Origin: an uncultured Alphaproteobacteria bacterium
Lineage (GTDB): Bacteria; Pseudomonadota; Alphaproteobacteria; Rs-D84; CACZYB01
NCBI GenBank assembly: GCA_934246625.1
Contig: CAKQHZ010000001.1
Coordinates: 480,001-512,000, forward strand
Direction of reading: 5' to 3'
DNA: 32,000 nucleotides
Shown here: positions 7,222 through 17,660 of the stretch, one piece after another
Position numbering within the stretch: the stretch's first letter is position 1
Layout of the letters: each line of letters begins with the position of its first letter
Made by a program: the position numbers and the translations under genes
Notes under the pieces: model-generated
Database searches by the model: none
What the model saw: the letters and a program-made list of their open reading frames with translations, nothing else
Told to the model about the DNA's origin: nothing

Positions 7222-9315
7222 TTATTGTCCATATTTATGGTCAGGATTTGCATCTTCAATCATTTGATCCATTTCATCTTCAATTCTTAACATAACATCG
7301 TTTTGAAGAAATACCATAATTCGTGTTCCCGCAGCAACGGTAAATGGAATGCTTGTTTGTGCACTTTGGTCAATTAACTTTTGCATAGTTGTTTTCCAAT
7401 TTTGCTCGATTTCCAATTTCATTTTATCCTTTGATGACATATTTGCTATTGTTTGTGTATCAGTTGGGGACCAGCCATATTCAGGTTGGTTTTCTGTATT
7501 AATTACGTCAGATACATTTTCTCCATCATCATTTATAAATGTATCTAATGCTTGATATGTTCCATCGGAACGTTTTACACGTGTTACAAATTGAGAAGAA
7601 GTTGGGAATAATGCTTCCATTGCAACAGGAAGAACAGAATAAAGTAATGGTTTTACGAATAAATCACGCATATATTCGGTATCGTTTTTACCTGCTACAC
7701 CCTGACGACCTTGGGCATCTGCAGTATAGTTAACAACTTGAGTTAAATCAAATTCGGCACCATCTGGACGTATAAGTCGGTCCCATTCTATGCTGATTTT
7801 TTCAATTTCTTGAAGACCTGCACCTTTAGGAGCGGTTGCTTTTCCAATAAGTTGTGAGCCAGCAGGGACAATAATTGTGCGTCCATCACCACCATAAACA
7901 TTTCGTTCAACCGTTGCAACGGCAGGTGTTTCGTTTTCAAAATTTGTTCCATCATTTTCAGCATAATCTATATTGCCGAAGTAAATTGGTCTGTTTAACA
8001 CAGCTGGAATTGGTTTTGATTGACGAAGAACGTATCTTTCATCCTTTGGCATAGAAGATACTTGACCAGTGCTTGTTATAGTAAATGGAATAAGTGAGTT
8101 TTTTTGTTTGCCAATTATGTTTAATGGGTCGTCTGCCTTATATAAATCATAGTCAACATCTTTTCCACCATAACCTTCTTGTTTCACAGCAAGGCGGTTG
8201 TTCCAAACATCTTCGAAATTTGGATTAAAGTTTTCGGAATTGATTGTTTGCATTACCTCGTCCAAAACAGGAAGAGTTAGTTCAATTCTTTTTTCTTCGG
8301 ATTTCTTTTTATCAAATACGGCACCCTTTCCAATGATTTTTCCAGTTGCAGTTTCAAGGACCATTCCGTCTTCTTGAAGTGAGCCGATTATTTTTGAACA
8401 ATTTGGTGAAAATACATCATTATTTGATTGAACCCAACCAATAAATGTTCCAGAAAAATCATAGGCTTTACTTGCATATTTCTTGCAATCGCTTGGATAT
8501 ACAGTTCTTTTTTCTTGTGCCTTTGGTGTGATTGCAGGAGCCACTGCATTTGTGAATTCTTCGACTTCTTCCTCGTCTGCTGGTTCTATATCTTCATTAT
8601 CATAGATTTCTTCATCATCATCTTCTTCAAAAAATTCATCTACTTTCTCTTGTTGTTGAGGTTGTGTTTGCACAGGTGCAGGTTTTTCTATTGAAGAGAT
8701 TGATAAATTGACCTTGAAACTTTTTTCGGGTGAATTTTCGTTAGTATTATTTAGTTCATTATATTTTATAAGTATAAATATATTTTTATTTTCAACCTTT
8801 GTAGGGGTCCAAACAACATTTATTATACATCCAGATTCTGGTGTAATTGATGCTCTTTCAGTGCAATCTTGGTCAAAGCCAAGTCCATTTACAGATGTTG
8901 ATAATGAAATATTGTTAATTTTGATTGGATTATTTGCAACAGATAACATAATAGAGTTAAATGTTTCATTTCCAATAATTATATTTTCAAATTTTATATT
9001 TTGTGGGTCTGCAGTTAAAATAGGTGAAATATAAGTGAAATTTTGAGTTGTTTCCTTTTTTGTTTGTGCTGGGGTAGATGGAGTTTGCTCTATGGTTTCA
9101 ATCTTTTTATTTGTTTGGTTTGCTGTGATAATAGCTCCTAATACAAAAATGCCAAGCATTACAAATGCGATAAAAAGCAAAATGATATTTGTCTTTTTTG
9201 TGGCAAGTTCAGATTTGCTTTTTTTATCGTTTGGAAGCATTTCCGCATTTTCTTCTGATGTTGAAGAAGATGGAGTATTTGTTGCTTTACCCTTTTTCTT
9301 AAATAAATCTACCAT
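7222..9315 (-). CDS. virB10: T4SS core protein VirB10 (TrbI family), enlarged form
   Basis: Short cytoplasmic N-terminus and one TM (IILLFIAFVMLGIFVLGAIITA). The C-terminal TrbI/VirB10 domain includes RTIIVPAGSQLIGK...IEWDRLIRPDGAEFDL...GVAGKNDTEY...PFTVAAGTRIMVFL. At 697 aa it exceeds the roughly 380-480 aa typical of the family. Confidence 0.85.
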   Translation of the reverse strand: MVDLFKKKGKATNTPSSSTSEENAEMLPNDKKSKSELATKKTNIILLFIAFVMLGIFVLGAIITANQTNKKIETIEQTPSTPAQTKKETTQNFTYISPILTADPQNIKFENIIIGNETFNSIMLSVANNPIKINNISLSTSVNGLGFDQDCTERASITPESGCIINVVWTPTKVENKNIFILIKYNELNNTNENSPEKSFKVNLSISSIEKPAPVQTQPQQQEKVDEFFEEDDDEEIYDNEDIEPADEEEVEEFTNAVAPAITPKAQEKRTVYPSDCKKYASKAYDFSGTFIGWVQSNNDVFSPNCSKIIGSLQEDGMVLETATGKIIGKGAVFDKKKSEEKRIELTLPVLDEVMQTINSENFNPNFEDVWNNRLAVKQEGYGGKDVDYDLYKADDPLNIIGKQKNSLIPFTITSTGQVSSMPKDERYVLRQSKPIPAVLNRPIYFGNIDYAENDGTNFENETPAVATVERNVYGGDGRTIIVPAGSQLIGKATAPKGAGLQEIEKISIEWDRLIRPDGAEFDLTQVVNYTADAQGRQGVAGKNDTEYMRDLFVKPLLYSVLPVAMEALFPTSSQFVTRVKRSDGTYQALDTFINDDGENVSDVINTENQPEYGWSPTDTQTIANMSSKDKMKLEIEQNWKTTMQKLIDQSAQTSIPFTVAAGTRIMVFLQNDVMLRIEDEMDQMIEDANPDHKYGQ

Positions 9316-9336
9316 AGAAAAAACCTCTATCTTCTT

Positions 9337-10851
9337 TTATTGAGTCCTTACAACACTGCATGGAACACTTTGAAGTGAAAGTTTTTGACATATTTCATCA
9401 GCAACTTCTATCTTTGCAAATGGTCCAATTCTTAGGCGATAAAATTCTCCGCCGTAATATCTTTGTTGTCCGATTTCATCAACACCACTTGTTTCAACAG
9501 AATAGAAAGGTGTGTATTCGTCAAGCCATGGAAGTTTTTCAGTTAATTCAAGCCATTTGTTTTCAAGGTCGACAACTGACTTTCCTTTAAAGACTTCTAC
9601 ACTTACGTTTTGTGAATTTTGTTTTACAAGTGGAACGTAGTGGTTTGGAAGCACAGATGCGTTTGTCTTTGTTTTTGGTAAAAGTGAGTTATATATAATT
9701 TCATTTTCTTGAGATGTATAAGGTTGCATACCTCCCATAGGATAACCACCAACCATATTTGTCATAGGGTATGACAAGTTTTGTGGATACATATATGCAC
9801 CAGTTGTCATATCTCCAGCATAGCCAGTTGTAAGCATCTCTTGTCCAGACATATAATTTCCAGATAATGTTGCGTTTGCATCACCAATGTTTCCAGCAAC
9901 TGCAACCAAATCTTGTGGAGGTGGTGGATTAGAGAGCAAGTATGGTTTTGAACGAAGTTTTATACAAACAATTCTTTGTCCGTTTCGTAAAACCAAATCG
10001 CCGATAGCTTCAACAACAAGAAGACGGCTTTGTGGACCTTCGGTTCGTGAACCTACAGGAGTTTCGCCACCTTCGACCAATAATGAAACTACAGGTCGTT
10101 GATTCATATTTAATGCCTTTTCACCGAAGTCAATGTATGTGAAAATTTGATCACGCCATACACGTTCAGGTGCAATTACGTAATCATCAGGATTTGGAAC
10201 GAATACATCTAAATCAAAACGAAATTCTGTTGGGTCAACATTTATACTTTTTATCCAACCGAAATCTTCGCCTTCCCAATCATTATCACCCACATCTTTG
10301 AAACTTTGTCCGCCCATCATTGATTTTGATGATACAAAGTTGTTTGATGAACCAGATGAAGATGCACCGTTGCTTCCTTTTCTGTATTTATATGGAACAG
10401 AAATATCAATTACAGAAGAGGTAATTTTTTCAGAATTAAGTGGTTCTGATTTTAGGTAAAAGACATATTTATTTCCACTGTTTCCGAAAATGAATAGGTT
10501 TGTATCAGCCATTGCACGACCATCAACAGGAGAAATCATAAATGTATTTTTTTCAACTGGACGACCATCAAAGAAATCCTTGTCCCCGACATAAGCGTCC
10601 TTTATGGTTTCCCATTCTGGGAAGTTAATGATTGTTAACATACCATCACGAAGTTTGATAGGCATAACTGATCCTGGTTCCCATTGTATTTTTTGGAAAC
10701 CTGGTTTTGTTTGGTTTTCTCCCATATTTTGCATTGGGTTATCCCATGCGTTTTGTGTTCCAAAACCAACCCCAGGAACAACTTCTTGAGAATAAACTGG
10801 AGCTGTTAAGAGTGAAAATATTAAAGGTAAAATTTTAAAAATATTTTTCAT
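9337..10851 (-). CDS. virB9: T4SS outer-membrane core protein VirB9 (CagX/TrbG family) fused to a C-terminal SPOR-like domain
   Basis: Signal peptide MKNIFKILPLIFSLLTAPVYSQ. VirB9 N- and C-domains are present (IINFPEWETIKDAYVGD..., RPVVSLLVEGGETPVGSRTEG..LLVVEAIGDLVLRNGQRIVCIK). A G/M/Y/P-rich linker follows, then VSVEVFKGKSVVDLENKWLELTEKLPWL...FYRLRIGPFAKIEVADEICQKLSLQSVPCSVVR. Confidence 0.85.
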   Translation of the reverse strand: MKNIFKILPLIFSLLTAPVYSQEVVPGVGFGTQNAWDNPMQNMGENQTKPGFQKIQWEPGSVMPIKLRDGMLTIINFPEWETIKDAYVGDKDFFDGRPVEKNTFMISPVDGRAMADTNLFIFGNSGNKYVFYLKSEPLNSEKITSSVIDISVPYKYRKGSNGASSSGSSNNFVSSKSMMGGQSFKDVGDNDWEGEDFGWIKSINVDPTEFRFDLDVFVPNPDDYVIAPERVWRDQIFTYIDFGEKALNMNQRPVVSLLVEGGETPVGSRTEGPQSRLLVVEAIGDLVLRNGQRIVCIKLRSKPYLLSNPPPPQDLVAVAGNIGDANATLSGNYMSGQEMLTTGYAGDMTTGAYMYPQNLSYPMTNMVGGYPMGGMQPYTSQENEIIYNSLLPKTKTNASVLPNHYVPLVKQNSQNVSVEVFKGKSVVDLENKWLELTEKLPWLDEYTPFYSVETSGVDEIGQQRYYGGEFYRLRIGPFAKIEVADEICQKLSLQSVPCSVVRTQ

Positions 10852-10922
10852 TTTATGTCTTTCCTGTTCCTCATTTTTATAATTTAGCCTTTTTTTTACT
10901 GATAATACAAGTATTTTTTTTA

Positions 10923-11567
10923 TTATTTTATGTATTTGTATTCTTCAATGACAAAACCAAGAGGATTTTTCCACATTGATTTTGTATCCTTTTTATATGG
11001 AGTTTCAAGAAACTTTGCCTTTATTTGGATTTTTTTAATTTCTGTTCGTTTGTTTAATCCGTATTCGTCTGTTATGTTTAGGGTTGCTAATGCTTCCCAT
11101 AAATTTAGTTTTGAATGATATTGAATGTCATCAGGATTTATTGAAACGGTTATTATTTCCTTATTTGGATTTAAAATACCGTTTTTGAAATCTGAACTTG
11201 TGTAAAAAGATTTGTATGTGTTTTCTGTGCTCATAAAAAATAAATTGCTGTCTATACCCCAAAGTTGTCGCATTTTAACTGGATTTGTGTATAGGCTTTC
11301 ACGTTCAATAATGTATTGAATTATGTATGATTTTGCAATTTGATAGCCCACAGAATTTTGTGAAATGTTTAAATTTGATGCACGTTGGATATATAAAGTT
11401 TCGATATTTTTATCTTGTGCTTCGACAAAAAAAGCCTCCCACTTTGTTTGTGGAGCAATTTTATTTAATGAAAATATAAGGACAATGTTGAGTATTATGC
11501 TTAGGGCAATAAAAATACCAAAAATTCTTAAAAGCCATAAATATCTTTGTTCGTCAATTTTTTTCAA
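10923..11567 (-). CDS. virB8: T4SS inner-membrane protein VirB8
   Basis: TTG start at 11567 with AAGGAGAG 5 nt upstream and no nearby in-frame ATG. N-terminal TM (LWLLRIFGIFIALSIILNIVLIF), a periplasmic domain of about 170 aa, and the canonical C-terminal NPLGFVIEEY (VirB8 NPLGF.V..Y motif). Confidence 0.8.
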   Translation of the reverse strand: MKKIDEQRYLWLLRIFGIFIALSIILNIVLIFSLNKIAPQTKWEAFFVEAQDKNIETLYIQRASNLNISQNSVGYQIAKSYIIQYIIERESLYTNPVKMRQLWGIDSNLFFMSTENTYKSFYTSSDFKNGILNPNKEIITVSINPDDIQYHSKLNLWEALATLNITDEYGLNKRTEIKKIQIKAKFLETPYKKDTKSMWKNPLGFVIEEYKYIK

Positions 11568-11634
11568 TTATTCTCTCCTTATAATTATAGTTCATATAAT
11601 AATCTTATTCTTTGAAAATTTCAAGTAAATATAA

Positions 11635-13188
<1,554 letters not shown>

Positions 13189-13191
13189 GCT

Positions 13192-13572
13192 GTGAAACTT
13201 AAAATTATTGCACCGTTGGAAATGTATGAAGTAGATGATGTTGATGTTGTCTATGCCGAAGGTATGGAAGGCTATTTTACAATACTTCCTTTGCATGCGG
13301 ACTATACAACTTCTTTGGAAACATCGGTGTTTAGATATAAAAAAGGTGGAAAAGAATTTATTTTTGCAGTTGATGGTGGTGTTCTTGTAAAAATGGGTGA
13401 TGAAGTTCGTATTGCAATAAGGCATATTATAAAGGGCGATAGTCTTTTGGATTTGAAAAAACAAATGCAAAAAGAGTTTTTTGAAATTGATGATAATGAA
13501 AGAAAAACACGAACTGCTCTTGCTTCATTAGAGGGAAATATTGCAAAACTTTTGTTGGAATTAAGTGAGTAG
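13192..13572 (+). CDS. atpC: N-type ATPase epsilon subunit
   Basis: GTG start 3 nt after the atpD stop, with GAGGA upstream. About 126 aa. The beta-sandwich region (IIAPLE...VVYAEGMEGYFTILPLHADY) and C-terminal helices fit the F1-epsilon layout. Its position directly after beta is as in N-atp operons. Confidence 0.8.
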   Translation: MKLKIIAPLEMYEVDDVDVVYAEGMEGYFTILPLHADYTTSLETSVFRYKKGGKEFIFAVDGGVLVKMGDEVRIAIRHIIKGDSLLDLKKQMQKEFFEIDDNERKTRTALASLEGNIAKLLLELSE

Positions 13573-13580
13573 AGGTTGAT

Positions 13581-13925
13581 ATGGTAAAAGAGGGAAATAT
13601 TCAAAATAAAAATAGTTCCAAAATTGATAAGGATATGGAAATTACTGTGTCAAAAAAAATTGATAGGAAACTTCTTGCTGGTCCTAAAAAAAATTTTGTG
13701 ATACGTGCATTTTCTTTGTTCGGGCTTGTTGGGTGGAGTATTGTAATACCTGCTGTGCTTTGTGCATATATTGGTATGTGGTTTGATGAAAAGTATAAAT
13801 CTGCATCAATTTCATATACTTTTTATTTTATATTATTTGGACTTTTGGCTGGCTGTTATAATGCTTTTCGTTGGATAAAAAGAGAAAAAGAAAGATTGGA
13901 TAAGGAGGATAGTTATTATGGATAA
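13581..13925 (+). CDS. atpQ: AtpQ (AtpI/AtpZ-like small membrane protein of N-ATPase operons)
   Basis: 114 aa with two TM helices (FSLFGLVGWSIVIPAVLCAYIGMWFD; YTFYFILFGLLAGCYNAFRWI), matching the AtpZ/AtpI-like family pattern. It occupies position 3 of the atpDCQRBEFAG order. Confidence 0.65.
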   Translation: MVKEGNIQNKNSSKIDKDMEITVSKKIDRKLLAGPKKNFVIRAFSLFGLVGWSIVIPAVLCAYIGMWFDEKYKSASISYTFYFILFGLLAGCYNAFRWIKREKERLDKEDSYYG

Positions 13926-14232
13926 AATTCTTCATTATTTAGTAATTATTTTTGCAACTGGTTTGTTTAGTGTTATTTATTTTGCTATGCTTAAATCTGG
14001 TATGACAAAGGTTTTACAAAGAAGTAGGGAGCTTAATTATGTTGAAATGAATTATTTGTATGGTTCGTTTTTGTTAAGGTTTTTCCTTGCTGGTGTTTTT
14101 TTCTTTTTTATATTAAAATATTATAAACGTTTAGATGAAATTATTTTGGTTGTGGCAACCTTTGTTTTTATAAGATATTTGGAAATAAAATTTGAAAAAT
14201 CAAAAATAAAAAAGGGAAATAATAATCAATGA
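13918..14232 (+). CDS. atpR: AtpR (N-ATPase-specific membrane subunit)
   Basis: 104 aa with three hydrophobic helices and Arg residues inside hydrophobic segments (FLLRFFLAG, FVFIRYL), as described for AtpR. It overlaps atpQ by 8 nt and atpB by 4 nt (ATGA). Confidence 0.6.
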   Translation: MDKILHYLVIIFATGLFSVIYFAMLKSGMTKVLQRSRELNYVEMNYLYGSFLLRFFLAGVFFFFILKYYKRLDEIILVVATFVFIRYLEIKFEKSKIKKGNNNQ

Positions 14233-14996
14233 ATATAAGTCCAGATGAAATTGTATTATTTAAAATTCCAATGATGCTTTTTGGAAAGTTCTTTTATATT
14301 GATATAAATATGACTTTGGTTGGCACATGGGGAATTATGATTTTTATGTTATTATTTTTCCGATATTTAACAAGAAATTTTAATAGCTCATTTAAACTTT
14401 CACCTCTTCAAAATGGTATAGAAGTTGTTGTAAAGTTTGTAAGGGACCAAATTGAAGGTATGATGGGAAGAAAGGCCGATAAATTTATTCCAATTATTGG
14501 AAGTTTGTTTATTTTTATTTTGATTTCAAATTGGAGTTCTTTGCTTCCAATACCTTTTTTTGTTAATGGAGAGATTGAGTGGTATATGCCTCCAACAGCA
14601 TCAATTTCAACTACCGCTGGGCTTTCAATTTGTGTGATGAGTTCGGTTGTAGTGTTTGGTATGGCAAAACTTGGCTTTTTTGCTTATTTTAAAAGATTTT
14701 TTGAACCAGTGTTTTTCCTTTTTCCACTTAATGTTTTAAGTGAGATTTCAAATGGTGTTTCATTGGCGATAAGACTTTATGGTAATATTATGAGTGGAGG
14801 ATTGTTAGCAACAATACTTTTTGCTTTGGCTCCGCTTTTTTTACCGGGACTTATAAATATTTATGGGCTTCTTGCTGGAACTATACAACCATATATTTTT
14901 TCTGTGCTTGCTATGGTGTATATAAGTGCTGGTATGGGAGATCCAACGGAATCTGAGGAAGAAGAACTTATGAAATTACAACTTTCAAGGATTTAA
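14229..14996 (+). CDS. atpB: N-type ATPase Fo a subunit
   Basis: Polytopic membrane protein with the stator arginine motif SLAIRLYGNIMSGGLL and the downstream QPYIFSVLAMVYI helix typical of subunit a. Confidence 0.85.
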   Translation: MNISPDEIVLFKIPMMLFGKFFYIDINMTLVGTWGIMIFMLLFFRYLTRNFNSSFKLSPLQNGIEVVVKFVRDQIEGMMGRKADKFIPIIGSLFIFILISNWSSLLPIPFFVNGEIEWYMPPTASISTTAGLSICVMSSVVVFGMAKLGFFAYFKRFFEPVFFLFPLNVLSEISNGVSLAIRLYGNIMSGGLLATILFALAPLFLPGLINIYGLLAGTIQPYIFSVLAMVYISAGMGDPTESEEEELMKLQLSRI

Positions 14997-15034
14997 TTTA
15001 ACTTTATAATAACAAAAAGAAAGGAAGGTATAAT

Positions 15035-15316
15035 ATGGATATGGGTTTAGTTTGGATTGCAGTTGCATCTGTGATTGGCGCTTCTTTTGCTGTGGGTCTT
15101 GGTGGTATTGCTCCATCACTTGCAGAAGGTGGTGCCGTTAAGCAAACTTTGGCATCTATGGCTCAACAACCAGATGAAGCAAGTAATTTAAGAAGCACTT
15201 TGTTTGTTTCTTTGGCTATGCTTGAATCTACTGCTATTTATGCGTTGTTAGTAGCTATGATTTTGATTTTTAGTAATCCATTTTGGAACTATGCAGTTGC
15301 AAATGTTGCAAAATAA
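15035..15316 (+). CDS. atpE: N-type ATPase Fo c subunit (rotor ring)
   Basis: A 93-aa helical hairpin with loop QQPDEA. Helix 2 carries LESTAIY (E64 S65 T66 Y69). Helix 1 carries SLAEGG, with E31 at the position of Gln32 in the Ilyobacter tartaricus c subunit. Confidence 0.9.
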   Translation: MDMGLVWIAVASVIGASFAVGLGGIAPSLAEGGAVKQTLASMAQQPDEASNLRSTLFVSLAMLESTAIYALLVAMILIFSNPFWNYAVANVAK

Positions 15317-15341
15317 AATTTTTAAAATTTAAGGATTTATT

Positions 15342-16133
15342 ATGAATATAAATTGGAGCACTGTTTTTTTTCAGATTGTAAATTTCTTACTGATTATTTG
15401 GATACTTAAAAAATATCTTTTTAAGCCTGTTTTGATGTCTATGGATAAGCGTGAAAAGGCTATTCAATCACGACTTAAAGATGCAGAAGAGGCAAAAATT
15501 TTGACTGAAAAAGAACGAGAGAATCTTAAGGCAAAAATTGCTCAAATTGAAAAAATGAAAAATGATGTGTTGGCAGAAGCATATAAAAAAGCCGATAATG
15601 AACAAGCAATCCTTATTAAAACTTTGAAAGCAGAAATTCAAGGTAAAAGAATTGCTAATGATGAGCAAATGAGGCAAGAACGAGAAGCTCTTAAATCTTC
15701 AATTAAAGATATTGCAGGAGAAACCATTATCAATACGGTTTCTTCTGCTTTGTCAGATTTGGCAAATGTTAATATTCAAAATGTTATATTGGAAAATTTT
15801 ACACAAAGACTTTTTTCTGGGGAAATTGAAAAAATTGATGAATTAAAAAAGTTTTATAGGGAATTTAATCATATTATTATTAACACATCGTTTGATTTAG
15901 ATGTGGAAGAAGAAAACAGAATTAAAGAGGCTCTTACAAAACTTTTGGGTGAAGAGGTTAATGTTGATTTCAGAGTAGATAAATCGATTTTGTGTGGAAT
16001 AGAGGTTGTTTGTGAATCTCTTTTGATTAGTTTTGGTATGAATACTTATATAAAGGCGTTAAAAGTAAATCTTGATAATAAGATTGCAGAGTTGACTAAA
16101 ACAGAAGAACCAGTTGATGCAAATGATGAATAG
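15342..16133 (+). CDS. atpF: N-type ATPase peripheral-stalk b subunit with a delta (OSCP)-like C-terminal extension
   Basis: N-terminal TM (FFQIVNFLLIIWILKKYLFKPV), a long charged helix, and then about 100 extra residues ending VDFRVDKSILCGIEVVCESLLISFGMNTYIKALKVNL. That ending resembles the C-terminal 'vd.sliGG..v..gd...d.S....l..l' of delta. No separate atpH is present in the operon. Confidence 0.7.
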   Translation: MNINWSTVFFQIVNFLLIIWILKKYLFKPVLMSMDKREKAIQSRLKDAEEAKILTEKERENLKAKIAQIEKMKNDVLAEAYKKADNEQAILIKTLKAEIQGKRIANDEQMRQEREALKSSIKDIAGETIINTVSSALSDLANVNIQNVILENFTQRLFSGEIEKIDELKKFYREFNHIIINTSFDLDVEEENRIKEALTKLLGEEVNVDFRVDKSILCGIEVVCESLLISFGMNTYIKALKVNLDNKIAELTKTEEPVDANDE

Positions 16134-16144
16134 GGGAATATGAA

Positions 16145-17659
16145 ATGCTTACAGAAGTTATTAAAGATACTTTGAATGATTTGAATGCCGTTTCAAAAGA
16201 AACAAAGGCAAGTGTTATTTCAGAAGAAATTGGTGAAGTTATTGAAATTGTCGGTAATGTTGTAAGGGCAACTGGACTTTCTTCTGTAAAAATGGACGAG
16301 CTTGTAAAAATAAAGGATTCTATGGGTATTGTTATCAACCTTAATGAAGATAGTGTTGGTATAGTTCTTCTTGATAATGCACAAAATATAGAAGCAGGTG
16401 AAAAGGTTAAACGCACTGGAAGAATTGCTGATGTGCCAGTTGGTAAAGAATTGCTTGGTAGGGTTGTTGACCCTCTTGGTAATCCATTAGATGGTGGAAA
16501 TAAAATTATTACAAAGGACAGATATAATATTGAACGTGAAGCGCATCAAATTATGGAAAGACGCGAAGTTTCAGTTCCTTTGCAAACTGGACTTAAGGCA
16601 GTTGATGCGATTATCCCAATAGGTCGTGGACAACGAGAACTTATCCTTGGGGACAGACAAACAGGTAAAACAGCATTGGCGGTTGATACTATATTGGCAC
16701 AAAAAAATACAGGTGTGATTTGTGTTTATTGTGCTATTGGAAGTAGGGCTGATAGTGTCGCAAAAGTTATTGATGTTTTGAAGCAAAATGATTGTATGAA
16801 AAATACTATTGTTGTTGTTGCAAGTGGTGAAAGTTCTCCTGGGCTTTTGTATATTGCACCGTATGCTGCAACTTCTATGGCAGAATATTTTATGGAACGT
16901 GAGGGAAAAGATGTTCTTATTATCTATGATAATTTGACTTTCCATGCACAGGCATATAGACAGCTTTCTTTGTTCCTTCGTAGGGCTCCTGGTAGAGAGG
17001 CTTATCCAGGTGATATTTTCTATGTTCATTCCAGATTGTTGGAACGTTCAACTCGATTGAGAGAAGAATTTGGCGGTGGTTCTTTGACTGCATTGCCAAT
17101 ATGTGAAACTTTGGCTGAAAATATTTCTGCATATATTCCAACAAACCTTATATCCATTACTGATGGACAAATATTTTTAACAAATACTTTGTTCCAAAAG
17201 GGTATTATTCCAGCAATCAATATAGGTATTTCGGTTTCTCGTGTGGGGTCAAAGGCACAACTTCCTGCTTATAAAGCAGTGGCTGGAGATATGAAAATCT
17301 CATATTCTCAATTTGAGGAGTTAGAGGCGTTTTCAAAATTTGGAACACAGCTTGATGAAGATACAAGAAAAACTTTGCGACGTGGTGAAAGAATTAGAGA
17401 AATTTTAAAACAACCTCAATACAAACCTCTTCGTGCATCAGAACAAATTGTGGTGATTTATGCAACAAATATTGGTGTGTTTGATGATGTGGATTTGGAT
17501 AAACTTGCATTGGTGCAAGATGAACTTATTAAACGTGCCAATATAGAAATTAAAAATGTTTTAGATGATATTGATAATGGTTCAAAACTTCATGACAGCT
17601 TTAAAGAAAAAATTAAAAAATTGGCTGAAGATGTGGCAAAAAAATATATAGAGGAATAA
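16145..17659 (+). CDS. atpA: N-type ATPase alpha subunit
   Basis: P-loop GDRQTGKTALAVDTIL, with LLRRAPGREAYPGDIFYVHSRLLER and LPICETLAENISAYIPTNLISITDGQIFL, all classical F1-alpha motifs. Confidence 0.9.
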   Translation: MLTEVIKDTLNDLNAVSKETKASVISEEIGEVIEIVGNVVRATGLSSVKMDELVKIKDSMGIVINLNEDSVGIVLLDNAQNIEAGEKVKRTGRIADVPVGKELLGRVVDPLGNPLDGGNKIITKDRYNIEREAHQIMERREVSVPLQTGLKAVDAIIPIGRGQRELILGDRQTGKTALAVDTILAQKNTGVICVYCAIGSRADSVAKVIDVLKQNDCMKNTIVVVASGESSPGLLYIAPYAATSMAEYFMEREGKDVLIIYDNLTFHAQAYRQLSLFLRRAPGREAYPGDIFYVHSRLLERSTRLREEFGGGSLTALPICETLAENISAYIPTNLISITDGQIFLTNTLFQKGIIPAINIGISVSRVGSKAQLPAYKAVAGDMKISYSQFEELEAFSKFGTQLDEDTRKTLRRGERIREILKQPQYKPLRASEQIVVIYATNIGVFDDVDLDKLALVQDELIKRANIEIKNVLDDIDNGSKLHDSFKEKIKKLAEDVAKKYIEE

Positions 17660-17660
17660 A

